A stretch of DNA of 64,000 nt from an uncultured Desulfosarcina sp. (GCA_963674945.2 CAXXWQ010000004.1:1440001-1504000), one strand, 5' to 3'; numbered from the stretch's first letter, positions 20,076 through 30,682 are shown. Notes: generated by a model not told the origin, from the letters alone. Translations and numbers: made by a program.

Positions 20076-20897
20076 ATGGGTCAAGAAAAAACCCAAACCA
20101 ACCCCTCCCGTCGGCGACTGTTGAAAAGCGCGGGAGCTTTGCTGACAGGCGGATTGATCGGCTGTGCGTCCATGAATTTTTCTGCGTCATCGAAAAAAAC
20201 ACCGGACCCAGCACCGGCCTTACCATGGCCGTGGCATAAGATCGAACCCATGGAAGCCGGTTCACGTGCGTACCATATCTATCTTGAGGCTAAAGGTTGA
20301 GGCAACGGGGCCTGGCTGGGGGTCCTCGGCCTTTTGAAAGATTCGGTGGGTTATCCCTGGACGACCATGCCGGACTATATGTACAGTCATTTGTCAGCCG
20401 GATACGGAGGGCAGGGGACCCTTTGCGGTGCGCTGGGTGTCGCCTCCCAATATTTTAGTATGGTTGCCTATGACCAGGAGGAAACACACGTCAAAATGAT
20501 TGATGAATTGTTTCAATGGTACAGCCGCACCGACTTTCCCACGCAGCGATTCGACGATATTTGCCATTTTCCCAATCAGGTGAAGCGAAACGCAAAAACC
20601 CCGCTGTGCCACGTGTCCGTTTCCCAGTGGACCCTGGCCGCCGGAGCCACAGTGACCTCCAAAGAAAAAAAAGATCGCTGTGCCAAAGTGACCGGAGAAG
20701 TGGTCTATCAGATGGTGTCGATGCTCAACCTTTATGCAGAGGGACAATACCAACCCCATCGATACCCGTTTGAGGAGGAGAATCAGAGTTGCCTTATCTG
20801 CCACGGTGTGGCTGACATGTGGCACAACAAGGACGGCATGAACAACCAGCAGGGTAAAATGGCATGTATTCATTGCCACCAGGCGCTTTACAAATAG
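20076..20897 (+). CDS. Split-Soret cytochrome c / C-GCAxxG-C-C family protein, probable selenoprotein (in-frame TGA at 20298-20300)
   Basis: ORFs 20076-20300 and 20334-20897 are in one frame, separated only by TGA (KG-U-GNGAW); Tat motif SRRRLL; GTLCGAL, PLCHVSV, DRCAKVTG; CLICH and CIHCH. Confidence 0.85.
20298..20334 (+). promoter_or_regulatory. Candidate bacterial SECIS hairpin
   Basis: Directly 3' of the UGA: GGGGCCU pairs with GGGUCCU around a loop that starts with G; lower stem AGGC/GCCU. Confidence 0.6.
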
Positions 20898-20920
20898 TAT
20901 TCATCGATAAGGCCGCAAAC

Positions 20921-22696
20921 TTGGTTGCCCGAAGCTTTCTTCGCACATGGCTCTTCTTATCAGCCCTTCTGTTAGCATGCATTTTTTCGGTACCGATCTC
21001 CGGGTTTGCCCTGACTAACACCAGTAAGGCGAATAGAGGCGTCGAAATACAACCGCAAATCGCTGAAGGGCGACCGATTCATCTCGTATATATCCATTTG
21101 GTAAAATCCGCAGGCGATCCGGCAGGTGATGAAGCATTGAGAAGACAGGTGGTCGATGCTTTTGGAATTAGCCAAGGCGAACCATTTAGGCAGTTCACTG
21201 CGGAATTCGGCCTGAAAAGGGTAAGACAACTCTCTTCGGTTCAATCGGCAGAATTGAAGCTTTACGAAACGGTACCCAGCGGTCAGGTGGTGGTGGCCAT
21301 ATTGGTTTCACCGGTGGAAGAAACAGCAATCGTTCCCCAAAAAGCCAAGGGTATACTGGCCACCGGCGAAATCCGGGACTTTCCGACGATCTTTGAAAAC
21401 GACAGTTCCAAGTTCGTCTTTATCCTGAACGGGGGGGGCGGCATATTCAGCGACATCGATCCCTGGTTTGGTGGATATGGCGAGGCCTTCAATGGAAGCA
21501 ACCCGACTGCCGAAGATCCCTTAGGATCTGGAACCTCCACATGGATTGAAGGATATATCGAACCCGGGCTCGGCGGAATCTTTCAGATTTCCGATTATCC
21601 CCTGTATCCCTATGGGGCTGTATCCTACCTCATGTCCGGCACTGACGGGCATGATATTTACAACTCCGGCACTTGGGGTTACGGAGACTTCGAGAAGCTG
21701 TATGTAGGATTGATCTGGGACTTGCCGAGCAAAAATTCTTTTTTGGATGTTTCCATTGGCAAGCAGGTCTATCAGCTGAGAGACGGTTTTTTGCTTTCAA
21801 AGATTCCGGTGTCCACGTCGATCGGTGAACGCGCCGCCCTTTACCTCGGACCGCGTCTGACCTCGAAGAACACCATGCTGGTCCGTGCCAAGGCCTTTGG
21901 CGTTGGCCTGGATGCATTCCTCATCGAACCGAGCGAGATCGATGAAATTGCATCAGACACCCAGCTGGCCGGGGTCAATCTGCAGCACCAATTCTCCAAT
22001 ATTGATGCCGCCTTCACTTATTTCTACGTCCCTGAATCAAAATCCATCTACCGGACACCGGACGGCAGTCGACTGCCCCGGGAAGGTCTGCGGACGTTCA
22101 ATCCGAGCCTGTCGGTGACCAAGCTTTTCGGCCTGGACGGAGCGTGGATCAAGGCAGAGTATGCCTATCAGGACCACGAGGACTTTGATATGTTCGCTCA
22201 AGCAGGATATGTCTGGGCCGGATATCAGGTGCAAAATTGGCCGTGGCGGCCGGCACTCAGCTACCGCTGGTCGATGTTTACCGGGGACGATCCAAATACA
22301 CAAACATATGAGCGTTTTGACCCATTGTTTTCTGGCGGGTTGGGTCAATTTTTGCCGGGTATCATTTTTAGCAAAGTTTACAAAAATGCCAATTTGATCA
22401 CGAATCGGGCCACCCTCAGTGTCAAACCGGATGACACCCTGGAGTTGATCCTCGATTATTTCCACCACCGGGCCGATGATTTGAACAACCTGGGTGGCAT
22501 TGGACCGCTTCAGACTCTCGAATCCAAGGACATTGGGCAGGAAGTGACCCTGACCGCATTTCATTATATCGGAAAGCATCTTTTCCTACAGGGAATTGCG
22601 TCTGTGGGTTTTCCCGGAGAGGCAATTGATCTGGCATTGGGTGGCGGTGCAGAAAATTGGTATACGTTCCAAGCCGCACTTTATATGTTTTTCTGA
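20921..22696 (+). CDS. Outer-membrane beta-barrel protein (alginate-export family-like); start uncertain
   Basis: Signal-like N-terminus; YRWSMFTGDDPNT..YERFDPLF resembles AlgE-family barrels; C-terminal ALYMFF. Confidence 0.75.
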   Translation: MVARSFLRTWLFLSALLLACIFSVPISGFALTNTSKANRGVEIQPQIAEGRPIHLVYIHLVKSAGDPAGDEALRRQVVDAFGISQGEPFRQFTAEFGLKRVRQLSSVQSAELKLYETVPSGQVVVAILVSPVEETAIVPQKAKGILATGEIRDFPTIFENDSSKFVFILNGGGGIFSDIDPWFGGYGEAFNGSNPTAEDPLGSGTSTWIEGYIEPGLGGIFQISDYPLYPYGAVSYLMSGTDGHDIYNSGTWGYGDFEKLYVGLIWDLPSKNSFLDVSIGKQVYQLRDGFLLSKIPVSTSIGERAALYLGPRLTSKNTMLVRAKAFGVGLDAFLIEPSEIDEIASDTQLAGVNLQHQFSNIDAAFTYFYVPESKSIYRTPDGSRLPREGLRTFNPSLSVTKLFGLDGAWIKAEYAYQDHEDFDMFAQAGYVWAGYQVQNWPWRPALSYRWSMFTGDDPNTQTYERFDPLFSGGLGQFLPGIIFSKVYKNANLITNRATLSVKPDDTLELILDYFHHRADDLNNLGGIGPLQTLESKDIGQEVTLTAFHYIGKHLFLQGIASVGFPGEAIDLALGGGAENWYTFQAALYMFF

Positions 22697-22872
22697 TTGT
22701 CGGAACAGTTGCAATTAAGAATTGCTTACCGATTTGCGTTGATCGCGCCAAGATAGATCTTTCTCGCGATCATTCGGCATTACCCCATCGCAACTCGGCA
22801 ATTTCGTCGACATAACCGTCACCGTGGTTTTGTTATTGATCGTTCGGCGCTGCCTGAACAATAGCGATTTTT

Positions 22873-24432
22873 GTAGTTGTTCAGAGGTGTGAACTAGTCA
22901 TTCACAGCAATCCAGCTAAAATCCGGGGAATGTTCTTTGAAATAGGAATCCATGGCGTTTACTAATATGGGAAAAACCGGTACGCCTTGCATTCGACAGG
23001 TTTGTTTTAACGAAAGGATTCGTTCGACCCATCGGTTTCCTTTGTCACTTTGTGTCCCATAACTGCGCTTTCTCAATAAGACAGCAAATCGTAATGCACG
23101 CTCGGAACGGTTATTGGTTGGCTCGACACCATCATTCTCAAGAAACACCCAGAGCGATTCAAGTTGGCTGCCAATTGAGCGTGTGAGTTTACCGGCTTCA
23201 TTGTCTGCACTTTCATGGAGAATTAACAATAAAAGCAGCCGTGAGTAGAAATCGGTCCATTGCTTTTCGTCCGGAGGCTCTTTCGCCCATTTGCATAAAA
23301 GACGAAGCTCTTTCGAAATTGATTCGCCGAACTGCTTGATCGCATCGTCTTTTCGTTCGGCCAGACCTTTGGCTTTTCGAATCAGATGGGCCAAGCATGC
23401 CTGGTGTTTATTAACCCATTTGACATAGACGCCGTAATGGTCGCTGATCAAAATTCCTTTCCAATCCTCGATCAATTGAAAAAATGCCTCTTTGTTTCGA
23501 TTGTGGTGGATCATGAAAAAGGCAACGACCGAATTTACCATTGTCCAAAGCCAATGTAATTTTCCGGATTTGAACCAGGAAGTCTCATCGATTCTATTTA
23601 CCTCTTGTCGGCGGGCTTGATTTCCGATCTCGTTATAAATGGGTTCGATGGTATTGGACATCCGATCGATCACACGCTGGATTCCGCCGGTTGAGATCGA
23701 AAGACCCAGAACAGAATGGCAAACATCTTTTACGGTTTGGCGACTTGCACCATGCGATCCGGAAAGCTCACAGATTACCGATGATAGCCGGGGGCCGTAG
23801 CCACTGGCGAATTCTCTGGGCACAGCGGCTTTAACTGTTTTCCCACAACAAGCGCAGGTGCCCTTGTGAAGAATCAAGTGCATGACATCGAGTTCTATTT
23901 GGGGCAATTCAACATGCTGATGCGTGTAAAAAGGGGTCACGCTGCCCGGCTCCCAACTCGAATGTCCGCATGAACATGTATTAGGGAAAATATTCTCTGT
24001 TTGGTTCGGTTCCAGCATCTGCTGCCGGTGGCCTTTATGGCCCTTTTGGGCACCACGTTTTCTTTTGCTCTTTTTCTTATCTCTTTTGGGTCTTTTGAAA
24101 GGGCTGTCCGACGACGGCGGTTTACTGGAATTTTGTGAGTTCATTTTAGACTGAGCTTCAAGTATTTCAGTTCGCTTTTCAAGCTCGTCCTGTCTTTTGA
24201 TCAACTGTTTGATGAGATCCTCAAGCTGGACAATATAGGCCTTTACAGGCTCCGGGGTATTGTTCCAATCCTCATCAGAAAATGGTCTTTTAACTTCCAT
24301 AAAAGGAAGCATAACATAGACAAAATAAATAATCTAGATTTATTTTAAATAATTTCAGTTAGTTATGAATGCACCGTAATTCTTTATAATTACAGCCTGT
24401 TATGAATGGGCTGAAACCCCCTGAATGGGTAC
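22873..24432 (-). mobile_element. IS66-family element (single-ORF, ISBst12-like)
   Basis: Ends GTAGTTGTTCAGAGG and (reverse complement) GTACCCATTCAGGGG; no 8-bp direct TSD visible. Confidence 0.8.
22894..24312 (-). CDS. IS66-family transposase
   Basis: NSQNSSKPPSSD, GAQKGHKG, IDETSW, LISDHYGVY, QACLAHLIR and PTNNRSERALR motifs. Confidence 0.95.
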   Translation of the reverse strand: MLPFMEVKRPFSDEDWNNTPEPVKAYIVQLEDLIKQLIKRQDELEKRTEILEAQSKMNSQNSSKPPSSDSPFKRPKRDKKKSKRKRGAQKGHKGHRQQMLEPNQTENIFPNTCSCGHSSWEPGSVTPFYTHQHVELPQIELDVMHLILHKGTCACCGKTVKAAVPREFASGYGPRLSSVICELSGSHGASRQTVKDVCHSVLGLSISTGGIQRVIDRMSNTIEPIYNEIGNQARRQEVNRIDETSWFKSGKLHWLWTMVNSVVAFFMIHHNRNKEAFFQLIEDWKGILISDHYGVYVKWVNKHQACLAHLIRKAKGLAERKDDAIKQFGESISKELRLLCKWAKEPPDEKQWTDFYSRLLLLLILHESADNEAGKLTRSIGSQLESLWVFLENDGVEPTNNRSERALRFAVLLRKRSYGTQSDKGNRWVERILSLKQTCRMQGVPVFPILVNAMDSYFKEHSPDFSWIAVND

Positions 24433-24730
24433 CAAAAATCATATCTTCAATTGGCCCGGACTCCAGATACAAAGTTGATAATCACATGTTTACCATGGGT
24501 TTGATAGGTACAGGATACATGCATGCCACAGGTGCCAGTAAAACCTGTGATAACAACTTACAACGGCCACCCGGACCTTTATTAAATTAAATGTTCGGTA
24601 GCTACGGGGAGTGCGTTGCCAACTTAGAAGGGCCCAATCAAATTAAGTTTGACCATGTCAAGCTATTTCAGGAAAGACTTTTCGCAATTTTCAGCACAGA
24701 CGTATGTCAACGCGCTTCATATACATAAAC

Positions 24731-24754
24731 AACGCCGGGCAAAAGCCCGGCGTT
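24731..24754 (-). terminator. Intrinsic terminator downstream of dnaK
   Basis: Perfect hairpin AACGCCGGGC-AAAA-GCCCGGCGTT with T-rich tails on both strands. Confidence 0.75.
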
Positions 24755-24791
24755 TTCTTCGGTTCCTTGTCGATGTGACTTCTTATTGCCG

Positions 24792-26711
24792 TTAGGCCAC
24801 TTCCTCAAAGTCTGCATCCACAACATCTTCATCGTTGGCTGGATTGGCTCTCGCATTTCCGCCCGTTCCTTGTCCTGCCTGGCGACCACCACCATTGGAC
24901 CCACCAGCCGCCTGTTGATACATGGACTCGGACATCTTGTGGGAAACCCTGGTGAGCACCTCGGTAAGCTGCTTGATCCGCTGGACATCGTCTCCCTTTA
25001 TCGCCTGCTTGAGATTGGAAACAGCATCATCGATCTCCATGCGAACGGTGCCGTCAACGTTTGCCCCCATCTCCCCAAGACTCTTTTCCGTGGTGTAGAT
25101 CAAGGCATCGGCATTGTTTTTCGCCTCCACCAGTTCCCGTTTTCGGCCGTCGGCCGCAGCGTGCATCTCTCCGTCCTTAATCAGCCGATCGATCTCTTCC
25201 TTGCTCAACCCCGAGGATGAGGTGATGCGAATGCTCTGGGCCTTTCCCGTTGCCTGGTCTCTGGCGGACACTTCGACGATGCCGTTGGCATCGATGTCGA
25301 AGGTCACCTCGATCTGGGGCACACCCCGGGGCGCCGGTGCGATACCGGTAAGTTCGAATCGGCCCAGCGTCTTGTTGTCCGCGGCCATTTCCCGCTCTCC
25401 CTGAAGCACATGAACGGTCACGGCCGGCTGGTTGTCCTCTGCCGTCGAGAAAATCTGACTCTGGCGGGCGGGAATGGTAGTGTTTTTCTCGATCAATTTG
25501 GTCATCACCCCGCCCAGGGTCTCGATGCCCAGGGTCAACGGGGTCACGTCCAGAAGCAGCACATCGCTTACATCACCGTCCAACACCGCGCCTTGAATGG
25601 CTGCGCCCATGGCCACCACTTCGTCGGGATTGACGCCCTTGCTGGGTTCTTTCCCGAATATCTGCTGTACCCGCTTTTGCACTGCCGGCATCCGGGTCAT
25701 TCCGCCGACGAGGATCACTTCGTCGATGTCGCCGCCGGAGTAACCGGCATCCTTTAGGGCGGTCTTGCAGGGCCCCTCCAGGCGCTCCAGCAGATCTTCC
25801 ACCAGGGACTCGAGTTTGGCACGTGTCAACTTAAGGTTCAGGTGTTTGGGACCGCCGGCATCGGCGGTGATAAAAGGCAGGTTGACATCGGTTTCCATGG
25901 CACTGGAAAGCTCCATTTTCGCCTTCTCCGCCGCCTCTTTTAGGCGCTGCAACGCCATCTTGTCGCCCCTCAAATCGATTCCCTGCTCCCGCTTGAATTC
26001 GTCTGCCAGATAGTCGATCAGGCGCAGGTCGAAATCCTCGCCACCCAGGTGGGTGTCACCGTTGGTGGCCTTGACCTCGAAGACCCCGTCTCCGATCTCC
26101 AGGATAGAGATATCGAAGGTGCCGCCGCCCAGATCGAATACGGCGATCTTCTCCTCCTTTTTCTTGTCCAAACCGTACGCCAAAGAGGCCGCCGTGGGTT
26201 CGTTGATGATTCGCTTGACGTTTAACCCGGCAATTTTGCCTGCATCTTTGGTGGCCTGCCGCTGGCTGTCGTTGAAGTACGCCGGTACGGTGATCACCGC
26301 ATCGGTGACCGTCTCTCCCAGGTACGCCTCCGCCGACTTTTTCAGATCCGCGAGGATAAATGACGAAATCTGCGCCGGACTGTACTGCTTGCCGTCCAGG
26401 GTGATGGCCGCATCGCCGTTTGATGCCTGGGTTACGGCATAGGGAAGGTTCTTTCGGTCCTTGGCCACTTCGGCGGCATCGAATTTTCGACCGATCAATC
26501 GCTTTACGCCGAAGACGGTCTTCTCCGGATTGGTGACCGCCTGTCGTTTGGCGACCTGGCCGACCAGCCGTTCACCGCCGCTTGAAATGGCCACCATGGA
26601 CGGGGTGGTTCGCCCACCATCCAGGTTTGTGATCACCTTGGCATCGCCGCTTTCCATGACGGCCACGCAAGAGTTGGTTGTTCCGAGATCGATTCCGATG
26701 GTTTTGCTCAT
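24792..26711 (-). CDS. dnaK: Chaperone DnaK (Hsp70)
   Basis: [36 protein letters not shown] and [18 protein letters not shown]. Confidence 0.98.
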   Translation of the reverse strand: MSKTIGIDLGTTNSCVAVMESGDAKVITNLDGGRTTPSMVAISSGGERLVGQVAKRQAVTNPEKTVFGVKRLIGRKFDAAEVAKDRKNLPYAVTQASNGDAAITLDGKQYSPAQISSFILADLKKSAEAYLGETVTDAVITVPAYFNDSQRQATKDAGKIAGLNVKRIINEPTAASLAYGLDKKKEEKIAVFDLGGGTFDISILEIGDGVFEVKATNGDTHLGGEDFDLRLIDYLADEFKREQGIDLRGDKMALQRLKEAAEKAKMELSSAMETDVNLPFITADAGGPKHLNLKLTRAKLESLVEDLLERLEGPCKTALKDAGYSGGDIDEVILVGGMTRMPAVQKRVQQIFGKEPSKGVNPDEVVAMGAAIQGAVLDGDVSDVLLLDVTPLTLGIETLGGVMTKLIEKNTTIPARQSQIFSTAEDNQPAVTVHVLQGEREMAADNKTLGRFELTGIAPAPRGVPQIEVTFDIDANGIVEVSARDQATGKAQSIRITSSSGLSKEEIDRLIKDGEMHAAADGRKRELVEAKNNADALIYTTEKSLGEMGANVDGTVRMEIDDAVSNLKQAIKGDDVQRIKQLTEVLTRVSHKMSESMYQQAAGGSNGGGRQAGQGTGGNARANPANDEDVVDADFEEVA

Positions 26712-26795
26712 TTTCTGTTCCTCCTGATAGTGAGGGCCAATGATGTCCCCGTGCGTTTTTTGTATGAGCAAACCATAAATCAAATATAGTCAATG

Positions 26796-26996
26796 TCAAT
26801 TTTTTAACATTACTTTTTTTATTTTTTTATTGCGGTAATTCATCGAGCCGGCTGATTTCCAGATCATACAGGCCGTCCGATGCGTAAAGCACAATTTGGG
26901 GCACCGGGAACGGCCGCACCCTTCGCAGAAGCGAAGAGTGTATTTCCTGCAGATCATAACGGCAACACGACCGGGATGATTGACACAGGTTTCCAT
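26796..26996 (-). CDS. Possible small Cys-rich (B-box-like) protein
   Basis: METCVNHP...ICRKY...FCEGC..RCP pattern; may be degenerate. Confidence 0.35.
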   Translation of the reverse strand: METCVNHPGRVAVMICRKYTLRFCEGCGRSRCPKLCFTHRTACMIWKSAGSMNYRNKKIKKVMLKN

Positions 26997-27156
26997 TGTG
27001 TATATTGCAACCCGTTTTATTGTGGTATAGACGGTAAGATAGATGCCGGCCCATCGTCGAGACTGTCATGTTCAGAAACAACATCGATCCCAAACGAATC
27101 CTTTGGCGGCGATTGTCACCCCAATTTTCGGTAAACGCTATGAGATTACGATTCAT

Positions 27157-28383
27157 ATGAAAGAATTTTTCAATGTTGAAACCATCGATGCCGTTCTATC
27201 CCACGTCTCTTCCTTTCAGCCGGTGGAAACGGAGGCGATTTCACTGTCAGAATGTCTGGGCCGGGTAATTGCGAAAGATATTTACGCCGACGTCGACATT
27301 CCCGATTTTGATCGGTCCACCGTAGACGGATACGCCGTCGCCGCCGCATCCACCTTTGGCGCATCCGAGGCGAACCCGGCCTATCTGGATGTGTGCGGGC
27401 AGATCCCAATGGGGGTTCAGCCCGACTTCACCGTAGGTCCGGGCCAGGCGGCGCGAATCGCCACCGGTGGAATGATGCCCCGTGGAGCGGACAGCGTCGT
27501 CATGGTGGAACATATCGATGCATTGGACGACACGACCATCGAGGTGTACCGAAGCGTCGCTCCGGGACAGCATGTCATCGAAAAAGGGGAGGATATCCAA
27601 CACACGCAACCGGCCCTGTCTGTCGGAACGCAGATCCGCCCCCAGGAGGCAGGTCTTCTGGCCGCCTGCGGATGTACGGACCTTACGGTATTCCGGCGCC
27701 CCATGGTGGGCATTATCTCCACCGGAGACGAAGTGGTTCCGGTGGATCGGGTTCCCGCTATCGGGCAGATTCGGGATGTCAACACCCAAACCCTTTCCGG
27801 ACAGGTACTGGCGGCCGGCTGCGTGCCCGTCTCCTTGGGCATCGTCAAGGACAATCGCGACGATCTTCTCGAAAAATACCGCAGTGCGTTATCGTTAACC
27901 GACATGGTTTTGATTTCCGGCGGCAGTTCGGTGGGCACCCGGGACTTCACCGTGGAGGTGCTCGGCGACCTGCCGGACACGCAAATTCTGGTGCACGGTA
28001 TCTCCATCCGTCCTGGCAAACCCACCATACTGGCCCGCTGTGGCGGTAAAGCCTTTTGGGGGCTGCCCGGCCATGCCGCTTCGGCAATGGTCGTTTTCGC
28101 CGTCGTGGTTCGACCATTTCTGGATCGAATCTGCGGACGAACGGCTACCAACAATTCATTTTTTCTCCAGGCCACCTTGAGCCGGAATCTGGCCTCGGCA
28201 CTGGGACGGGTGGACTATGTGCGCGTGAAACTGAACGAGATCGACGGCGGTCTGGTTGCCGAACCGATTCTGGGAAAATCGGGATTGATCAACACCATGG
28301 TCCGGGCCGACGGCCTGGTGGCCATCGACATGAACACCGAAGGATTGGAGCAGGGTGCTAAAGTACATGTAATACCGATTTAA
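27157..28383 (+). CDS. moeA: Molybdopterin molybdo/tungstotransferase MoeA
   Basis: FDRSTVDGYAV, RIATGG.MPRGADSVVMVE, ISTGDEV, SGGSSVG and RPGKP. Confidence 0.95.
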   Translation: MKEFFNVETIDAVLSHVSSFQPVETEAISLSECLGRVIAKDIYADVDIPDFDRSTVDGYAVAAASTFGASEANPAYLDVCGQIPMGVQPDFTVGPGQAARIATGGMMPRGADSVVMVEHIDALDDTTIEVYRSVAPGQHVIEKGEDIQHTQPALSVGTQIRPQEAGLLAACGCTDLTVFRRPMVGIISTGDEVVPVDRVPAIGQIRDVNTQTLSGQVLAAGCVPVSLGIVKDNRDDLLEKYRSALSLTDMVLISGGSSVGTRDFTVEVLGDLPDTQILVHGISIRPGKPTILARCGGKAFWGLPGHAASAMVVFAVVVRPFLDRICGRTATNNSFFLQATLSRNLASALGRVDYVRVKLNEIDGGLVAEPILGKSGLINTMVRADGLVAIDMNTEGLEQGAKVHVIPI

Positions 28384-28451
28384 ATCACTGATCACCCAGC
28401 AGAGCTGGGAATTTGGTGAAGACCCCTTGAAAGGGGCTAAAATCCAGACCA

Positions 28452-28635
28452 CTGAACGTCGAACATCGAACGTCCAACTTCGAACTTTGAATAAGGCATT
28501 CTGTCAATTTTGATCGCCATTCAACATTACTTCACAAACGGAAACAAATGACTATTCATTTCTTTTTTCAAACGATGGAGCGAAGCGATCTTTGCATTCG
28601 ACGTTGGACGTTCGATGTTCAATGTTCGATGTTCA
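28452..28635. repeat. Intergenic palindromic element with arms built from 7-bp units (TCGAACR-like)
   Basis: Left arm ctgaacg tcgaaca tcgaacg tccaact tcgaact; right arm ttcgacg ttggacg ttcgatg ttcaatg ttcgatg ttca (inverted). Confidence 0.85.
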
Positions 28636-28746
28636 AAAAAGCTTCTTCCGATTGAATGTCTCGCCAAACCGGTCCGAACCTCTTCGGATCGCTTGGGCAT
28701 AGCCCGAGGTTTGATTAACTGCAATTATCGACACCGGGAGAAACGA

Positions 28747-30678
28747 TTGACAACCAAAAGAAATATCTACCTGAAGATGAAATCCCTGGAAGAAGCGAAA
28801 CGCATTCTCTTCTCCCATTTTTCCCATACGGGCACCATGGCCGCAGAAACGGTATCCCCACCCGATGCCGTGGGCCGGGTGCTGGCCCAGCCGGTCACCG
28901 CCGCCGTCTCTTCCCCCAATTTCTTCGCCGCCGCAATGGACGGTGTCGCCGTCAAGGCAAAGGATACCTTCGGGGCGAACGAGGCCCGTCCCAAGGAGCT
29001 GATGGTGGGCCCCCAGGCCCATTTTATCAATACCGGCCATGTCATGCCCGACGGCACCGATGCGGTGATCATGATCGAAAACATCATTACGGTGGATGAC
29101 CATCGCATTCGCATCGAAGCGCCAGCCTTTCCCTGGCAGCATGTACGCAAAATGGGAGAGGATATCGTGGCCACGGAGCTGCTCTATCCCAGGGGACACA
29201 CGGTCACCGCCTATTGCGTGGGTGCGTTGATCGCCGGCGGCGTCTACCGGGTGCCGGTAAGAAGAAAGCCGCGGGTACTGATCATTCCCACAGGGTCGGA
29301 GCTGGTGGACTGGCGGTATACAGCACCAAAGGATTTGGCGCCGGGTCAGGTGCTGGAGACCAACTCCTATGTGCTGGAAAAGATGATCGATGCATCCGGC
29401 GGGCAGGCGATTCGTCACGACCGGGTCATGGACGACGCCGATGCGATCCGTCAGACCGTGGCGGACGCCGTTGCAGAAGATGTAGACATCGTCATGACCA
29501 TCGGCGGCTCTTCTGCCGGTTCCAAGGACTACGCCCTGCCCACGCTTCAGGATCTGGGAGAGCTGCTCGTCCACGGGGTGACCATCATGCCCGGAAAGCC
29601 CTTGATGTTCGGCGACATTCAGGGAAAGCCCTTTTTCGGCATCCCCGGCTATCCGGTATCGGCCATCATCGCCTTCGAGCAATTCGTGAGGCCGCTCATC
29701 AAACGCATGATCGGTGCCGCCGATGCACCGCGACAGACCGTGGCCGTTGTGCCCACCCGTAAAATCGCCTCCAAACTGGGAATGGAAGAATTCATCCGGG
29801 TCAAATTGGGCCAGGTGGACGACAGGATCGTGGCCACGCCCCTGCCCCGCGGTGCCGGCATGATCACCAGCATCACGGAGGCCGACGGTATGATTCGCAT
29901 CCCCAATGCGGCAGAGGGCATCAAGGATAGCGACGCGGTCCGGGCCGAACTGCTCAAACCGTTGTCCGCCATACAAAACACCATCGTCATCGTGGGAAGC
30001 CACGACAACACCCTGGACGTGCTGGCGGATCAGCTGCGGGCCGGAGATCGAAGGTTGACCCTATCCTCCAGCCACGTTGGCAGTATGGGCGGACTCATGG
30101 CCGTCAAGCGCGGCGTCTGCCACCTGGCAGGTGCCCATCTGCTGGATACCCGGACCGGCGAATACAACCATCCCTACATCCGGCGATACCTGCCGGACAC
30201 ACCGGTGAAACGGGTGAACCTGGTCATGCGCGACCAGGGCCTCATGGTCCAAAAGGGCAACCCCAAGGGTATCCGGGGAATCGAGGATCTCGTCAGGGAG
30301 GATATCGTCTTCATCAACCGTCAGGGAGGATCGGGCACCCGCATCCTTCTGGATTACCGTCTGGCACAGCTGGACCTTTCGGCCGATGCCATCAATGGAT
30401 ACGCCACCGAGGAGTTCACCCACATGAACGTGGCCGTGGGCGTACTAAGCGGTGCGGCGGACGCCGGCCTGGGCATCTATGCCGCGGCAAGGGCCCTGGA
30501 TCTGGATTTCATCCCCGTGGTCACCGAACAATACGACCTGATCATCCCGGCCCGGTATTTCGACGCGCCCAACATCCAGGTCCTCTTGGAGACCATCGTC
30601 ACGCCGGAATTCAAGGCCCGGGTTTCGGCCCTGGGGGGCTATGGAACGGACAAGACGGGCACGGTGTTTTCCCAGTAA
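28747..30678 (+). CDS. moeA: MoeA fused to a C-terminal PBP (molybdate/tungstate-binding-like) domain
   Basis: AAMDGVAV, PTGSEL, GGSSAGSKD and MPGKP; then VGSHD, HVGSMGGL and FINRQGGSGTR; TTG start after GGGAG. Confidence 0.92.
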   Translation: MTTKRNIYLKMKSLEEAKRILFSHFSHTGTMAAETVSPPDAVGRVLAQPVTAAVSSPNFFAAAMDGVAVKAKDTFGANEARPKELMVGPQAHFINTGHVMPDGTDAVIMIENIITVDDHRIRIEAPAFPWQHVRKMGEDIVATELLYPRGHTVTAYCVGALIAGGVYRVPVRRKPRVLIIPTGSELVDWRYTAPKDLAPGQVLETNSYVLEKMIDASGGQAIRHDRVMDDADAIRQTVADAVAEDVDIVMTIGGSSAGSKDYALPTLQDLGELLVHGVTIMPGKPLMFGDIQGKPFFGIPGYPVSAIIAFEQFVRPLIKRMIGAADAPRQTVAVVPTRKIASKLGMEEFIRVKLGQVDDRIVATPLPRGAGMITSITEADGMIRIPNAAEGIKDSDAVRAELLKPLSAIQNTIVIVGSHDNTLDVLADQLRAGDRRLTLSSSHVGSMGGLMAVKRGVCHLAGAHLLDTRTGEYNHPYIRRYLPDTPVKRVNLVMRDQGLMVQKGNPKGIRGIEDLVREDIVFINRQGGSGTRILLDYRLAQLDLSADAINGYATEEFTHMNVAVGVLSGAADAGLGIYAAARALDLDFIPVVTEQYDLIIPARYFDAPNIQVLLETIVTPEFKARVSALGGYGTDKTGTVFSQ

Positions 30679-30682
30679 GGAC

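Noticed and set aside
20334..20897. Separate TTG-started cytochrome gene
   Set aside because: It is the in-frame continuation of 20076-20300 and lacks its own signal peptide; better explained by UGA read-through.
28452..28635. CRISPR array
   Set aside because: The units are 7 bp with no unique spacers and there are no cas genes; no CRISPR array was seen anywhere in the window.
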